Source: an uncultured Victivallales bacterium
GTDB taxonomy: Bacteria; Verrucomicrobiota; Kiritimatiellia; UBA8416; JADHWI01
Reading direction: 5' to 3'
DNA: 51,861 nucleotides
NCBI GenBank assembly: GCA_964544115.1
Contig: CAZJBP010000002.1
Location: forward strand, 1 to 51,861
The notes below the pieces were generated by a model. That model searched no databases and was not told the origin of the DNA. It saw only the letters and a program-made list of their open reading frames with translations. The stretch's first letter is position 1. Each line of letters opens with the position of its first letter. This document shows, in pieces, positions 11,479-20,820 of the stretch. The translations under genes and the position numbers were made by a program.

Positions 11479-12708
11479 ATGCTGACCTTGCAGCAGCGGG
11501 TCCGTGCATTGGTCGCGGTGTTTCTGGCCGCCTTGGTTTCTCTGGCTGTCCTTCCTCTCGATGCTCGGGCCGTCGTCTGGCCCGGGCAGGGAGGGTACAC
11601 GGGAGGGGCCTACGCGCTTTGGATCTACGACGGCACGAATCTCGCAGTCACGGCGGAGAAAGACATCGTTCAGGTCGATCTGGCCCGAGATTCGACTCCC
11701 ACGAACAATTTCTTCTTCTTCAAGTTCCTATTGCGCGCCCAGCGGAATTCCCAGCTCACGTCGGTCGCCCACGTTGCCTACATCGATACCAACGGCGACG
11801 GGATCTATGACTACGCGCTCTACAACACGACCCAGGGCGATTCCGAATCGGAACTGACCCGCTGGGACACGAGCAGCACCCCGCATGCCTGGAGCGACAC
11901 GCCCTCGCCGCCGGCGCATGTCTACAGCGGGTATACGCGCGACGCCAGCAGCGCGGACAATTACATCGAGTTGGCCGTTCCGGCCTACGATCTCGGTAAT
12001 CCGACGGTGCTCCTGCAGGCCGCTGCCGCCGGACAGGGCGCCCTGAATCTGGACGGGAACACGTCCAACGTGCCCAGGCCGTCGGACTTTGGCGACATCA
12101 CCGAGCCGCGGGCCTCGGAGCCGATGGAGCACGCCAGCAACATCGTCTTCACGGCGATATCGACGGGGTCGGTCGCCCTCGCCTGGCAGAACGGCAGCGG
12201 CTCACGGCGGATCGTCGTGGCGGGAACCCGCGCGGTGTCGTGGTCGCCGTCTGACTTGGTGACATATCCGGCCAACGCGGACTTTGCCCTGGGAACGTTG
12301 GTCGGGAGCGGCTTCAAGGTTGTTTTCAACGGCAGTGGAACCAATCTGTCGGTCGTCGGGTTGACCCCGGCCACGGCATATCACTTCACGATTTTTGAAT
12401 ACAACGGTGTGGCGTCGGTAGAGAACTACTACACGGCGCCGACGCCGGCCTCGGCCAGCATCCAGACGCGTGCGCCTGAAGTGTTGCTTCGGATCACCGA
12501 CATGCGCCTTCGCGATGGAGTGATCGTCCTGAGCTGGAGCAGCGCGGAAGGAGGTGTTTACGCGATAGAGGAGGCAAGCCGTCTGAGCGGACCCTTCCTG
12601 TCGGTGTCGGCGGGGTTGGGGGCCACACCACCGGTCAACACCTTCGCCTGCCCGCTTGGGGCGGATGGCGAGCCGTCGTACTACCGCGTGATCGTGTCCG
12701 AGCCGTAA
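11479..12708 (+). CDS. Secreted protein with FN3-like segment and a C-terminal domain shared with the upstream giant protein
   Basis: Signal peptide (..LPLDARA); VVGLTPATAYHFTIFEYNG FN3-like motif; last 72 aa paralogous to the end of 4245-11327. Confidence 0.75.
   Translation: MLTLQQRVRALVAVFLAALVSLAVLPLDARAVVWPGQGGYTGGAYALWIYDGTNLAVTAEKDIVQVDLARDSTPTNNFFFFKFLLRAQRNSQLTSVAHVAYIDTNGDGIYDYALYNTTQGDSESELTRWDTSSTPHAWSDTPSPPAHVYSGYTRDASSADNYIELAVPAYDLGNPTVLLQAAAAGQGALNLDGNTSNVPRPSDFGDITEPRASEPMEHASNIVFTAISTGSVALAWQNGSGSRRIVVAGTRAVSWSPSDLVTYPANADFALGTLVGSGFKVVFNGSGTNLSVVGLTPATAYHFTIFEYNGVASVENYYTAPTPASASIQTRAPEVLLRITDMRLRDGVIVLSWSSAEGGVYAIEEASRLSGPFLSVSAGLGATPPVNTFACPLGADGEPSYYRVIVSEP
12490..12708 (+). 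repeat. Copy 2 of duplicated 3' gene end
   Basis: RITDMRLRDG...PPVNTFACPLGADGEPSYYRVIVSEP versus RITHMRLRDG...PPVNTFACPLGADGEPMYYRVIVSEP. Confidence 0.9.
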
Positions 12709-12814
12709 GCCGTGTGCATGGGGTGTGAAGGCCGTAAGGCTCTGCCACAAGGTTTGTCTGGCCTCCGCTCCAAGGGCGACGTAGGATTGACCTCGCCGGA
12801 GAGGGGGTGAGGCC

Positions 12815-13816
12815 ATGGAACCTGCGCGTTACTGGCACGAGGAGCCGGACGGGATCATCCGCTGTGATCTCTGCCCCCATCGCTGTCGGATCCCCGACGA
12901 GAGGGCCGGTTGCTGCCGGGTGCGCCGGGTCGCCGATCGCCACCTGTGGGCCTGGGGCTTCGGGCAACTGTCCTCAATCAACCTCGACCCGATTGAAAAG
13001 AAGCCGCTCTATCACTTCTACCCCGGAGCCCGGATCCTCAGCATCGGGGGGTGGGGATGCAACTTCAGCTGCCATTTCTGCCAGAACTGGAGCATCTCGC
13101 AAAAGACGATGGCCGGTGGACGGGTGGCCACGTGCGAGCACGTGGTGGAGGAGGCGCTCCGGTGCGGATCGATTGGCGTGGCCTACACGTACAACGAGCC
13201 GTGCATCAACATCGAGTACGTGATGGAGACGGCGCGTCGGGCGCGGGCTGCGGGGCTCGTAAACGTCCTCGTGACCAACGGATACATCAACCGCGAGCCC
13301 GCCATCGACCTGCTGGACGTGATCGACGCCGCGAACGTAGACCTGAAGAGCATGGACGAAGAGTTCTACCGCAAGCAGTGCGGCGGCAGCCTGGAGCCGG
13401 TGAAGGACTTCTGTCGTCTGGTGGCCGAAGCGGGCCGGCACCTGGAGATCACCAACCTCGTGATTCCGGGGCTGAACGACGCCGAGACCCAGCTGGTGTC
13501 TCTGGCTGAGTGGATCGCATCCTCGCTGGGCCACACCGTCCCGCTGCACCTGAGCGCCTATCGGCCGATGTACAAAATGCACGTGCCGCAGACGCCCACG
13601 GCCACCCTTGTCCGCGCCCACGCCCTCTGCCGGCGGTCACTCGACTACGTGTACTTGGGGAACGTGATGACGAGAGAGGGGCGCGATACGCTCTGCCCGG
13701 GGTGCGGGGCGGTGCAGATCGCCCGCATAGGCTATGGAACCCGCGTCGTCGGGCTGTCCGCCGGGGCCTGTTCGGCCTGCGGACGCCCGTTCGACGGGAT
13801 ACCCGGCGAGGCATAG
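12815..13816 (+). CDS. amrS: AmmeMemoRadiSam system radical SAM enzyme
   Basis: CDLCPHRC...GCCRVR, DPIEKKPLYHFYPG, CNFSCHFCQNW (CxxxCxxC), YTYNEP, YVYLGNV, C-terminal CPGCG/CSACG. Confidence 0.9.
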   Translation: MEPARYWHEEPDGIIRCDLCPHRCRIPDERAGCCRVRRVADRHLWAWGFGQLSSINLDPIEKKPLYHFYPGARILSIGGWGCNFSCHFCQNWSISQKTMAGGRVATCEHVVEEALRCGSIGVAYTYNEPCINIEYVMETARRARAAGLVNVLVTNGYINREPAIDLLDVIDAANVDLKSMDEEFYRKQCGGSLEPVKDFCRLVAEAGRHLEITNLVIPGLNDAETQLVSLAEWIASSLGHTVPLHLSAYRPMYKMHVPQTPTATLVRAHALCRRSLDYVYLGNVMTREGRDTLCPGCGAVQIARIGYGTRVVGLSAGACSACGRPFDGIPGEA

Positions 13817-13852
13817 CCCCGCTGGGCGTGCGCGCGGCGTCCGGCGCCCCCG

Positions 13853-15520
13853 TTACAGGTCCAATAGCCCGTCGGAACCGGGGCCCTCGTCCGGCTGCTC
13901 TTCCCTCTCGAGCCGATCGTTGAGCCCGGCATCCGCCAGCATCGCATCGGCCCACGTCCTGTAGACCATGCCGCCGAGATAGCGCGAGAGGGAGTTCTGC
14001 ATCTGCGCCGCGAGAAGTTCAACGGCCGCCGGTTCGGCAGGGATGCGGTCCACGACGTAGGCGATCAGCAGCCCCTCGGCGCAGGGCGTCGGATCGGACA
14101 GTTCGCCCTTGTCCAGCGGTGCGACGGCGCCGGGCAACGCATCGGCGTACGGTGCGCCCTCCGGCAGACCGACCTGGACGGCGAACGGCGCGGATGTGGA
14201 CACGTTCAGCGAGAATCCGGCGACGGCATCGCGGAACGACTTGCCCTCGAGCAGCGCTGCGGCAACCGACTGGCGCATGGACGCCACCTTCTCCCGGAAC
14301 GCATTCTCGGTCGCATTGCTCACCGCCATGGGCATGACGGTTGATGCGATGGTGTCGAAGGACGGCACAAACGCCGCGTTGCGCTCGAGAAGCGACAGAA
14401 CCGCCACCGTATTGCTGCCGGGCACCACGTCGCTGTACTTAAGGGACGGGTCGCTCAGATCCAGATCGAAGGCGGCTGGCGTGAAGGCCGGCACGTCAAT
14501 GTCCGGCACCTTGTCCGAGGCGGAAAAGAGACCTGACGTGTACACCTGCAGTCCGGCAACCGCAGCGGCCTTGTCGAAGGGGACACCCGATGTGCCGCGG
14601 CCCGGCAACAGTTCGATGGCAAAGCGGCCAGCCTCCTCGACCGCCTTCTCCTGCGCCAGCGAACGTCGCAGGCGCTGCTCCACGTCGCCCCGCACGTCGG
14701 CCAACGGCTTTGCCGTCGTCTCGCCGTTGGTTCCGGTGACGGAGTAAAGGTCGAGATGCTCGTCGTAATACGCGGCGACATTCGTGTCCGTCAACTCGAC
14801 GCGGCCGAGGTAGTTCGACACATCGAAGCGCACATACGCCACTCGGACCCTCTCGGGCACTGCGAACCGGTTGGTGTTGGCCTCGTAGAATGCGACGGCC
14901 TGTTCACGGCTGACCTCGGCTGTCGGGGCCACAGTCTTCCGGTCGAGCACGACGTAATCAACCTTGCGCTGGTCGGCCAGATCGGAGACCCGCTCACGAA
15001 CCTCCATGGGGGAGCTCCAGGCGAAGCCCGAGGCCATGTCGCGCAGCTTCTCGAGGGTCAGCTCCTGGCGCAGGTAGGACTCGAACATCGGAACGGTGAC
15101 CCCAACCTGCTGGCGCACGATGCTGCGATAGCGATCGGCGTTGAACTGCCCGTCAACCGCGAAATTCTTATCGCGCTGCAGGGCCGACGCGAGTTCGCCG
15201 TCCGTGGCCACGAGGCCGACCTTCTCCGCGGTCTTGAGGGCTGCCAGGCGGGTCCACACGCGCTTGCGGAAGCTCTTCTCGGCCTCGGGAGGAATGTTGA
15301 TGTTGCGGCGCAGGCCCAGCTCGTAGAGCCTTGCAGCGCTGAACTCCTCGGGGGGCACCGCCTTGCCGTACAGCTCTCCGACGGAGCTCGCGGATGCGCG
15401 CGTATCCCTGCACCCGCCCGAACGGCTGAAGGTGAAGACAAAGGACACGCTGATGATGACGGCAAACACAGCCCAAAGCACCCGGCTCCGGATCATCCGA
15501 TGGAATTTCGTGATAAACAC
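13853..15520 (-). CDS. SurA/PpiD-like membrane-anchored periplasmic chaperone
   Basis: N-terminal TM after MFITKFHRMIR; F..DGQFNADRY; FYEAN..RFAVPERVRVAYV; LDKGELSDP. Confidence 0.8.
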   Translation of the reverse strand: MFITKFHRMIRSRVLWAVFAVIISVSFVFTFSRSGGCRDTRASASSVGELYGKAVPPEEFSAARLYELGLRRNINIPPEAEKSFRKRVWTRLAALKTAEKVGLVATDGELASALQRDKNFAVDGQFNADRYRSIVRQQVGVTVPMFESYLRQELTLEKLRDMASGFAWSSPMEVRERVSDLADQRKVDYVVLDRKTVAPTAEVSREQAVAFYEANTNRFAVPERVRVAYVRFDVSNYLGRVELTDTNVAAYYDEHLDLYSVTGTNGETTAKPLADVRGDVEQRLRRSLAQEKAVEEAGRFAIELLPGRGTSGVPFDKAAAVAGLQVYTSGLFSASDKVPDIDVPAFTPAAFDLDLSDPSLKYSDVVPGSNTVAVLSLLERNAAFVPSFDTIASTVMPMAVSNATENAFREKVASMRQSVAAALLEGKSFRDAVAGFSLNVSTSAPFAVQVGLPEGAPYADALPGAVAPLDKGELSDPTPCAEGLLIAYVVDRIPAEPAAVELLAAQMQNSLSRYLGGMVYRTWADAMLADAGLNDRLEREEQPDEGPGSDGLLDL

Positions 15521-15540
15521 TGCGCGCTTCTCCTCTCGTT

Positions 15541-15579
15541 AAAAAAGGTGCATCCCAAACCAGACGGTTCGGGATGCAC
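15541..15579 (-). terminator. Rho-independent terminator
   Basis: Minus strand GTGCATCCCGAACC-GTCT-GGTTTGGGATGCAC followed by CTTTTTT, downstream of 15613-16215. Confidence 0.75.
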
Positions 15580-15612
15580 GCACAAAAGTCGGCAGATGAC
15601 CCCCGACACAGG

Positions 15613-16215
15613 TTATTGCTCGGCGGTTGGCGTGGCCGACGGTACCGTGGTCGTGGTCGTGGTCGTGGTCGTCGTTGTGGACTCACCGCCCTCTACGAAC
15701 CGGCGGGCCACGTTTTCCACGCGCCAGGTCAGTAAGCGCCCCAAGTACTTGGCCGGGTCGGACACCGCGTCTTGCGCCGTAGCCTTGTCGGCCTCCGCGG
15801 CCGCATCGACGGCGGCCTTGGTCACGTCCTCAACGTTCAGTCCCGCAGCCTTGGCGGCCACGGTGATGGCGGCCACCACCAGTCCGGTCCGCTCCGCTCC
15901 GCCGGCTTTGACCAGCGCAGCGGCCACCGCCGTCGCGTTGGTGCCCGACGAGGCGATGCAAGCTGCCGCAAGCTTTGCGATGCGATTGCGCAGCTCGACG
16001 TCCGACCCGCCCTTCGCGATCGCGGCCTCCATGAGTTTAGCCGCCATGGCGCCCGCTTCATCGGCGGTCTTTCCAGCCATCAAATCGCCGACTTTCCGGG
16101 AAGAGTCCACGGCGCCGGCCAGATCCGGTTGCGCCGCTTCCTGCGCCCTCAACCACCCAGTCATCATCAGCGACGCGCCGACCAGCACCACGATCATCCG
16201 CCTAGCATGTTTCAT
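15613..16215 (-). CDS. Secreted Ala-rich hypothetical protein with an 11-Thr tract near the C-terminus
   Basis: Signal peptide (..WLRA-QE); SD GGAGAGG; ACG/ACC run encoding T11. Confidence 0.75.
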   Translation of the reverse strand: MKHARRMIVVLVGASLMMTGWLRAQEAAQPDLAGAVDSSRKVGDLMAGKTADEAGAMAAKLMEAAIAKGGSDVELRNRIAKLAAACIASSGTNATAVAAALVKAGGAERTGLVVAAITVAAKAAGLNVEDVTKAAVDAAAEADKATAQDAVSDPAKYLGRLLTWRVENVARRFVEGGESTTTTTTTTTTTVPSATPTAEQ

Positions 16216-16276
16216 CGACCCTCTCCTCCAAGGGCGATACGCTGCGCGACTCGCCCTCGTTGTTCTGCGTGTCCAC

Positions 16277-17074
16277 TCACATCGGTTTGACGTTGTAACT
16301 CAGCGACTCGTCCAGCCCGCCCTTGGCGTTAATGAACAAGGTGGTCACCACCCATACACCTCCGACGTCGGACTGCTTGCGCCACATCTTCAACATCATG
16401 TCGGACTTCATCTCAAGGGTCTTCGGGGTTCCGTCGGCGTTCTGCACGTTCTTCAATTCGACGGGGAAGCTTCCCTTACGGTCGATCAGTCGCACAAATC
16501 CCTTGTCGGCGGAAATGCCCAGCGAAACGCGGTGATCGTGCCGGAGGGCCGGGATGGCGAACAGGGCGTTGTCGTAGAGCTTCATTTCTCCGCGGAGGGT
16601 GAGGTAGTCGGCTTCCCACAGGTCCGCCTCGGGAGCGACGGTCACGGAGTATTCGCCTCCGATGGCCGGCTCGCCGATTCCGCCCGGAGACTGCAGGGTC
16701 ACGCGCTTCGTGCCCTTCTTGTCGAAATCGTCTTCGAGCTGGGCCGTGACGGAGCCCTTCTCGACCTGAACCACACGGTGCGTCTCCGCCTCTTCCGCCG
16801 TTCCCTTCTGGAGGACCACGGTGGTGTCCGCGCCGAGGATCAGGAAGTTGCGCTCGGAGATGGCCACGCGAACCTCGGCGCCAGCCCCGGTCGCGATCTT
16901 GCTGCCATAGGGATAGGCGCGGGCTCCGGATAGGGGTTGTGCGGTCGTCGCACCGGGAGGCGTTATGCTGGACGCCCCTTTGATTTCCTTCACAAACAGA
17001 AGCGGCTCAAAGGCGTAAAGCGAGCCGCACAAACCCGCCGTCGCCACCGAAAGCAACACACGTTTACCCATCAT
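16277..17074 (-). CDS. Secreted FecR-like beta-strand domain protein
   Basis: Signal peptide; GSKIATGAGAEVRV...LGADTTV...VEKGSV pattern resembles FecR domain. Confidence 0.6.
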   Translation of the reverse strand: MMGKRVLLSVATAGLCGSLYAFEPLLFVKEIKGASSITPPGATTAQPLSGARAYPYGSKIATGAGAEVRVAISERNFLILGADTTVVLQKGTAEEAETHRVVQVEKGSVTAQLEDDFDKKGTKRVTLQSPGGIGEPAIGGEYSVTVAPEADLWEADYLTLRGEMKLYDNALFAIPALRHDHRVSLGISADKGFVRLIDRKGSFPVELKNVQNADGTPKTLEMKSDMMLKMWRKQSDVGGVWVVTTLFINAKGGLDESLSYNVKPM

Positions 17075-17256
17075 ATGTGCAGTCCATGTTCAAGATGTTG
17101 CAACGCGCCAAAAATCCACCCCCACCATACGGAGGAAGCCTATATCCGAACGCTCGGACCCGTCAAGCCCCAACTCGGCTTCCGGTCGCGGCTAAACGCC
17201 TCCGCGCCAAGCGGCGACGCGGACCGGACGCGATGGTCGTGGGCGGAGGGTCGGGT

Positions 17257-18354
17257 TCAGTACGTCATGTGCGTTCTGTATGTCTCAAGGGCGTAGTGAA
17301 AGTCCGCCAGTTTGACGTTGGGGGAGATCGAGTGATCGGATCCGAAGACGTAGCGGGCTCCGACCCCCTTGAGGGAGGTGCAGAGCCGAATCACCTCTGC
17401 CCGGATACGTTGCCGATTCCCCGATTCCAGCACCCGCGCGTCCAGCCCCCCGATAAAGGCCAGGCGATCGCCGTGCTTCTTTGCGAACTGGACGACGTCA
17501 CAGCCTGCTTTCACTTCCATGGGGTTCAGGGCGTCAAACCCGGCGCCCGCAATGAGGTAGAGCGCTTCAGTGATGCCGCCGCACGAATGCAGGACCACGG
17601 GAAGGTCATAGCCGTGAAGGAAGTCCACCATCTCCCTGTAATAGGGGAAGATCAGGGTTTCGAGGGTGGCGGGCGAGCAGAAGAGACCCTTGCTGAACCC
17701 CAGGTCCTCGTACAGCCAGATGCCGTCGGGCTTCCCGGCTTCCTCGATCAGGATCTTGTAGTGGGCCTTGAAGAAGTCCGTGTAGACACGGTTGTAGTCG
17801 TGAATCCAGCCAGGGTCGAGCAACAGGGATTCGAACATGCAGAGGTCACCCAGGCTGCAGCGCATCACTTCCCAGATGAACAGGCTTCCGTAATAAGTCC
17901 AGCGGCGCTCGGACCGCCGCTGCTGGAGCGCCTTCCTCGTGCCCTCGATGTCCAGTCGCACGCGATCGGGGGACAGCAGGTGCCTCCGGTAGTCCCGGTC
18001 CCACACCTCCCTCCGGGTCATGCGAAAGTCCACGTGTTCGGGCGTCCCGGATTTGTGCTTCCAGTTCTTCAACGCCGCGCCCGCGCCATTGCGCGTGAGA
18101 ATCCAGTCGCCGGTTTCCTCCAGCACCTCGCTGTGGCCTCGCAGCGGCATGGCATCGAACCAGCCTCCGCAACAGACCATGTCAAAACCGAACACGTCCG
18201 TGGGATCCGCGGGCCGCCCCTCTTCGTTCCTGGGGTAGCCTTCTTCGGCGGTCCACTTCGTGAGCGTGTCGCCCCACGGGCAGTCGAACAGGCCCAGGCG
18301 CTCCACGGGCTTACGCCTTAGTAATCCGTCGATGATGTCGAAAGAACTCTGCAC
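17257..18354 (-). CDS. Uroporphyrinogen decarboxylase (URO-D/MtaA-CmuA) family protein
   Basis: YEDLG, LHSCG, GFDALNPME, LAFIGGLD, YVFGSDHSI motifs; GTG start. Confidence 0.88.
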   Translation of the reverse strand: MQSSFDIIDGLLRRKPVERLGLFDCPWGDTLTKWTAEEGYPRNEEGRPADPTDVFGFDMVCCGGWFDAMPLRGHSEVLEETGDWILTRNGAGAALKNWKHKSGTPEHVDFRMTRREVWDRDYRRHLLSPDRVRLDIEGTRKALQQRRSERRWTYYGSLFIWEVMRCSLGDLCMFESLLLDPGWIHDYNRVYTDFFKAHYKILIEEAGKPDGIWLYEDLGFSKGLFCSPATLETLIFPYYREMVDFLHGYDLPVVLHSCGGITEALYLIAGAGFDALNPMEVKAGCDVVQFAKKHGDRLAFIGGLDARVLESGNRQRIRAEVIRLCTSLKGVGARYVFGSDHSISPNVKLADFHYALETYRTHMTY

Positions 18355-18390
18355 GGTAAGTCCCCGTGTGCCGCGGCGGAAGGCCCGCGT

Positions 18391-18476
18391 TCAGTAGGCC
18401 CCATATTCCCGGGCCGTTTCGTACATGGCAATGACGTTCTCGGTCGGCGAATTGTCCTGAAGGCAGTGGGCTGTCA
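18391..18476 (-). pseudogene. C-terminal remnant of a second URO-D-family gene
   Basis: TAHCLQDNSPTENVIAMYETAREYGAY* resembles the URO-D family C-terminus; abuts the GH38 stop codon. Confidence 0.65.
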
Positions 18477-20801
18477 TCATGAGATCCTCAGTGTCAATAT
18501 CCCGTGCTTGTGTAACTCGGTCTTGTAGCGCTGTGCGCTTTTGCAGGGCTCCAGGCCTCTTTCCAGGAGATCGCTCCGACAGATGCGGCGGGGGCAGTCG
18601 AATTCCAAGGCTACCGTTGTGCCCCGTCCGCCGGCCTCCTGGAGGCGGAGAATCCATCCTTCGCCGTCTTCAGCACGCTTCCACGCCGTCACCACGACAT
18701 CGCCGACGACGGCAAAAGGCGGCGCGATGAGCGCCGGCGCGTTGTAGGCGTATCCGATGCGGGTCAGATCGCCGTCGGACAGGCCGCCGTAGTAAGGCAT
18801 CAGCGAATATTCGAAGCGGTGCCGGCCCGCGTCGCGCTGGCCGTCGGTGTCCCAGAACTCGTAGGTGCCGGGCTCGGCCACGCAGAATTCCCATTCCGGC
18901 GAGCGGAGCAGCGACAGATCGAACCGGCCCGGCGTGTAGCGGTTGCACGGCAGGCCCTTGTTCAGAAGGGCCACGCCGCTTCGGGCGTCGACCGCTTTGC
19001 GGACCCAGTGCAGGGTCGGGAACTCCATCGAGTTCGCGTTCCACTGGCTGTAGTTCAGCTTGCCGGGGTCGTGCCGGCGGTCGATGAAGCCGAACGGCAC
19101 CTCGTATGTCGCCGTGTCGCCGTCGGACCGCACCGGCACCAGCACGCGGATCCGCCGGCTGGCGGCGTCCCAGTCGATCTCGGTCACGACATCGATGCGC
19201 CGGCCGTCCTGCGATGGCCGGGCCGTCACGGTCCACCTCAAACGTTTGACCTTGGGGTCGCGGCCGCGATAAGCGCCGCGCCAGCGGATCGCCTGCTTCG
19301 CCGTCTCGACGGCGGTGTGGTGATCGCCCAGCAGTACCGCGGTCATGTCGTGTTGAATGCTGACCAGCGGCTCGATCCGCTGCCCCCAGGCGTCGCCGAA
19401 GTCGTGCTCCAGCACCAACTCCGCAATCCGCGGGCTGCGGTTCACGCGGATGGGAGCCGGGACATGGCCGAAGACGTCCCTGCCCTCGCTCAGGATCGAC
19501 ACAATTCCCGCACGATCGAATTTCACCTTCAGGCCGCCGAGTGTTCTGACGCCCTTTCCCGACCGGACCGGAGTGAACGTCTCGCCGGCCGGGCGGGCGG
19601 CGGTGGGTGTCGGAGCAGGCGCGTGCCGGTTGGCCACCCGGGCGGCGGCATTCAGCAGGTCGGAGAGCTCGTCGAACGCCTGGTCGATGTGGGTGCCCGT
19701 GATCGCGTCGTGGAACTGGCAGAACGTCAGGTTCCGCCAGGCCTCGGCGAAGGCCGGCGGTGGAGCCGCCGGGGTGCCCGCCCGCCAGGATGCCGTCGCC
19801 AGCTGCGCCTCGGCGGCGAGCAGTTGGTACGTCACCTCCCGGACGCGCTGCTTCATCGCGATGCGCGAGACCATGCAGCCGGGCATGGCCGGGTTGAGAT
19901 CGACCGAGGGTTGGTTGTTTCGCTCGGCCAGAGCCCGCCGCATGACGGGGCCAAAGCGCTCGGCGATGTCCGTCTGGTTGGCGAAGCGGAATCGGGCCTT
20001 GCCGGCGTACTGCGTGTTGAAGTCGTCAATCAAGTCGGCGACCCGCGGGTCCGGAAGTATCTCCTCCGCCATGATGCCCAGCACGATGTAGGGCCCATCG
20101 GCGGCCGCGGCTTGCTCGAAAGCCTTGCGAAGCCCCTGTTCATCGAATCCGGGGACGAAGATCATCCCGCTCTGCCTGCACGCGCGGCAGCCTTTGCCTC
20201 TGCAGGCGGAGCAGGGCCGGTTCTTCTCGAATCCTCCGGCGCCGACGGCCGGCGCCCTGTCGAGACACGGGATCTTCGTGCCGTCGATCCCCACCCACAC
20301 GTCCTCGCCCAGCGTGCGGTAGGTCAGCTTGCAGGCCACCTCGGCGCCCACGCCGCGCAGCACCTGCGGATAGTTCGGGCCGTTGCCGAAGGCGTCCTCC
20401 AGCCATGCCAGTTTCAGTGCGGGATGATCCTCGCCCACCAGGTCGCGGTAGAACGGCCAGGCAACCAGGAAATTCCTCACCAGCCCCTCGGCTGTGGACA
20501 GGACCGTATCCTGCACGACCTCGCCGGCGAGCACAACGTTCAGCCGCCCGTCGAGCGCCATCTGGCGGAGCACGTCGCGCCGGTGCGGATTCCGCTCCAG
20601 ATACTTGCGCAGAACGCACGCCTGCCCTTCGCTGAATGTGTAGCCGCGGTGGGCCAACTCCAGCCAGCGTTCGAAGCAGCGTTCTTCGACCTCGGCGTAG
20701 CTCCGCACGGTCACGCCGTGCTTTCGGGCCGGCCTGTCAAAGCACCGCCGCCAAATGGGGTCGAAGTGCAGGTGCGGAACGACGAGGACTTCAGTGGCCA
20801 T
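18477..20801 (-). CDS. GH38-like alpha-mannosidase / glycoside hydrolase
   Basis: VVPHLHFDPIW, WLEDAFG, QFHDAITGT, ATYEVPFG, LSLLRSP, WKRAEDG...LRLQE. Confidence 0.88.
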   Translation of the reverse strand: MATEVLVVPHLHFDPIWRRCFDRPARKHGVTVRSYAEVEERCFERWLELAHRGYTFSEGQACVLRKYLERNPHRRDVLRQMALDGRLNVVLAGEVVQDTVLSTAEGLVRNFLVAWPFYRDLVGEDHPALKLAWLEDAFGNGPNYPQVLRGVGAEVACKLTYRTLGEDVWVGIDGTKIPCLDRAPAVGAGGFEKNRPCSACRGKGCRACRQSGMIFVPGFDEQGLRKAFEQAAAADGPYIVLGIMAEEILPDPRVADLIDDFNTQYAGKARFRFANQTDIAERFGPVMRRALAERNNQPSVDLNPAMPGCMVSRIAMKQRVREVTYQLLAAEAQLATASWRAGTPAAPPPAFAEAWRNLTFCQFHDAITGTHIDQAFDELSDLLNAAARVANRHAPAPTPTAARPAGETFTPVRSGKGVRTLGGLKVKFDRAGIVSILSEGRDVFGHVPAPIRVNRSPRIAELVLEHDFGDAWGQRIEPLVSIQHDMTAVLLGDHHTAVETAKQAIRWRGAYRGRDPKVKRLRWTVTARPSQDGRRIDVVTEIDWDAASRRIRVLVPVRSDGDTATYEVPFGFIDRRHDPGKLNYSQWNANSMEFPTLHWVRKAVDARSGVALLNKGLPCNRYTPGRFDLSLLRSPEWEFCVAEPGTYEFWDTDGQRDAGRHRFEYSLMPYYGGLSDGDLTRIGYAYNAPALIAPPFAVVGDVVVTAWKRAEDGEGWILRLQEAGGRGTTVALEFDCPRRICRSDLLERGLEPCKSAQRYKTELHKHGILTLRIS

Positions 20802-20820
20802 GCTGCGCGCCTACCATCAG

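Noticed and set aside
11109-12708. Diversity-generating retroelement (VR/TR pair plus the Avd-like gene at 24887)
   Set aside because: Differences are not adenine-specific, both copies are coding gene ends, and no reverse transcriptase is in the window.
15548-15579. Hairpin containing TTCGGGATG as another REP copy
   Set aside because: Lacks the GTC tag and loop consensus and has a U-tract; better explained as a terminator.
18481-18489. GAGATCCTC resembling the REP end at the GH38/URO-D junction
   Set aside because: Only 9 nt with a gap and none of the rest of the repeat; expected by chance.
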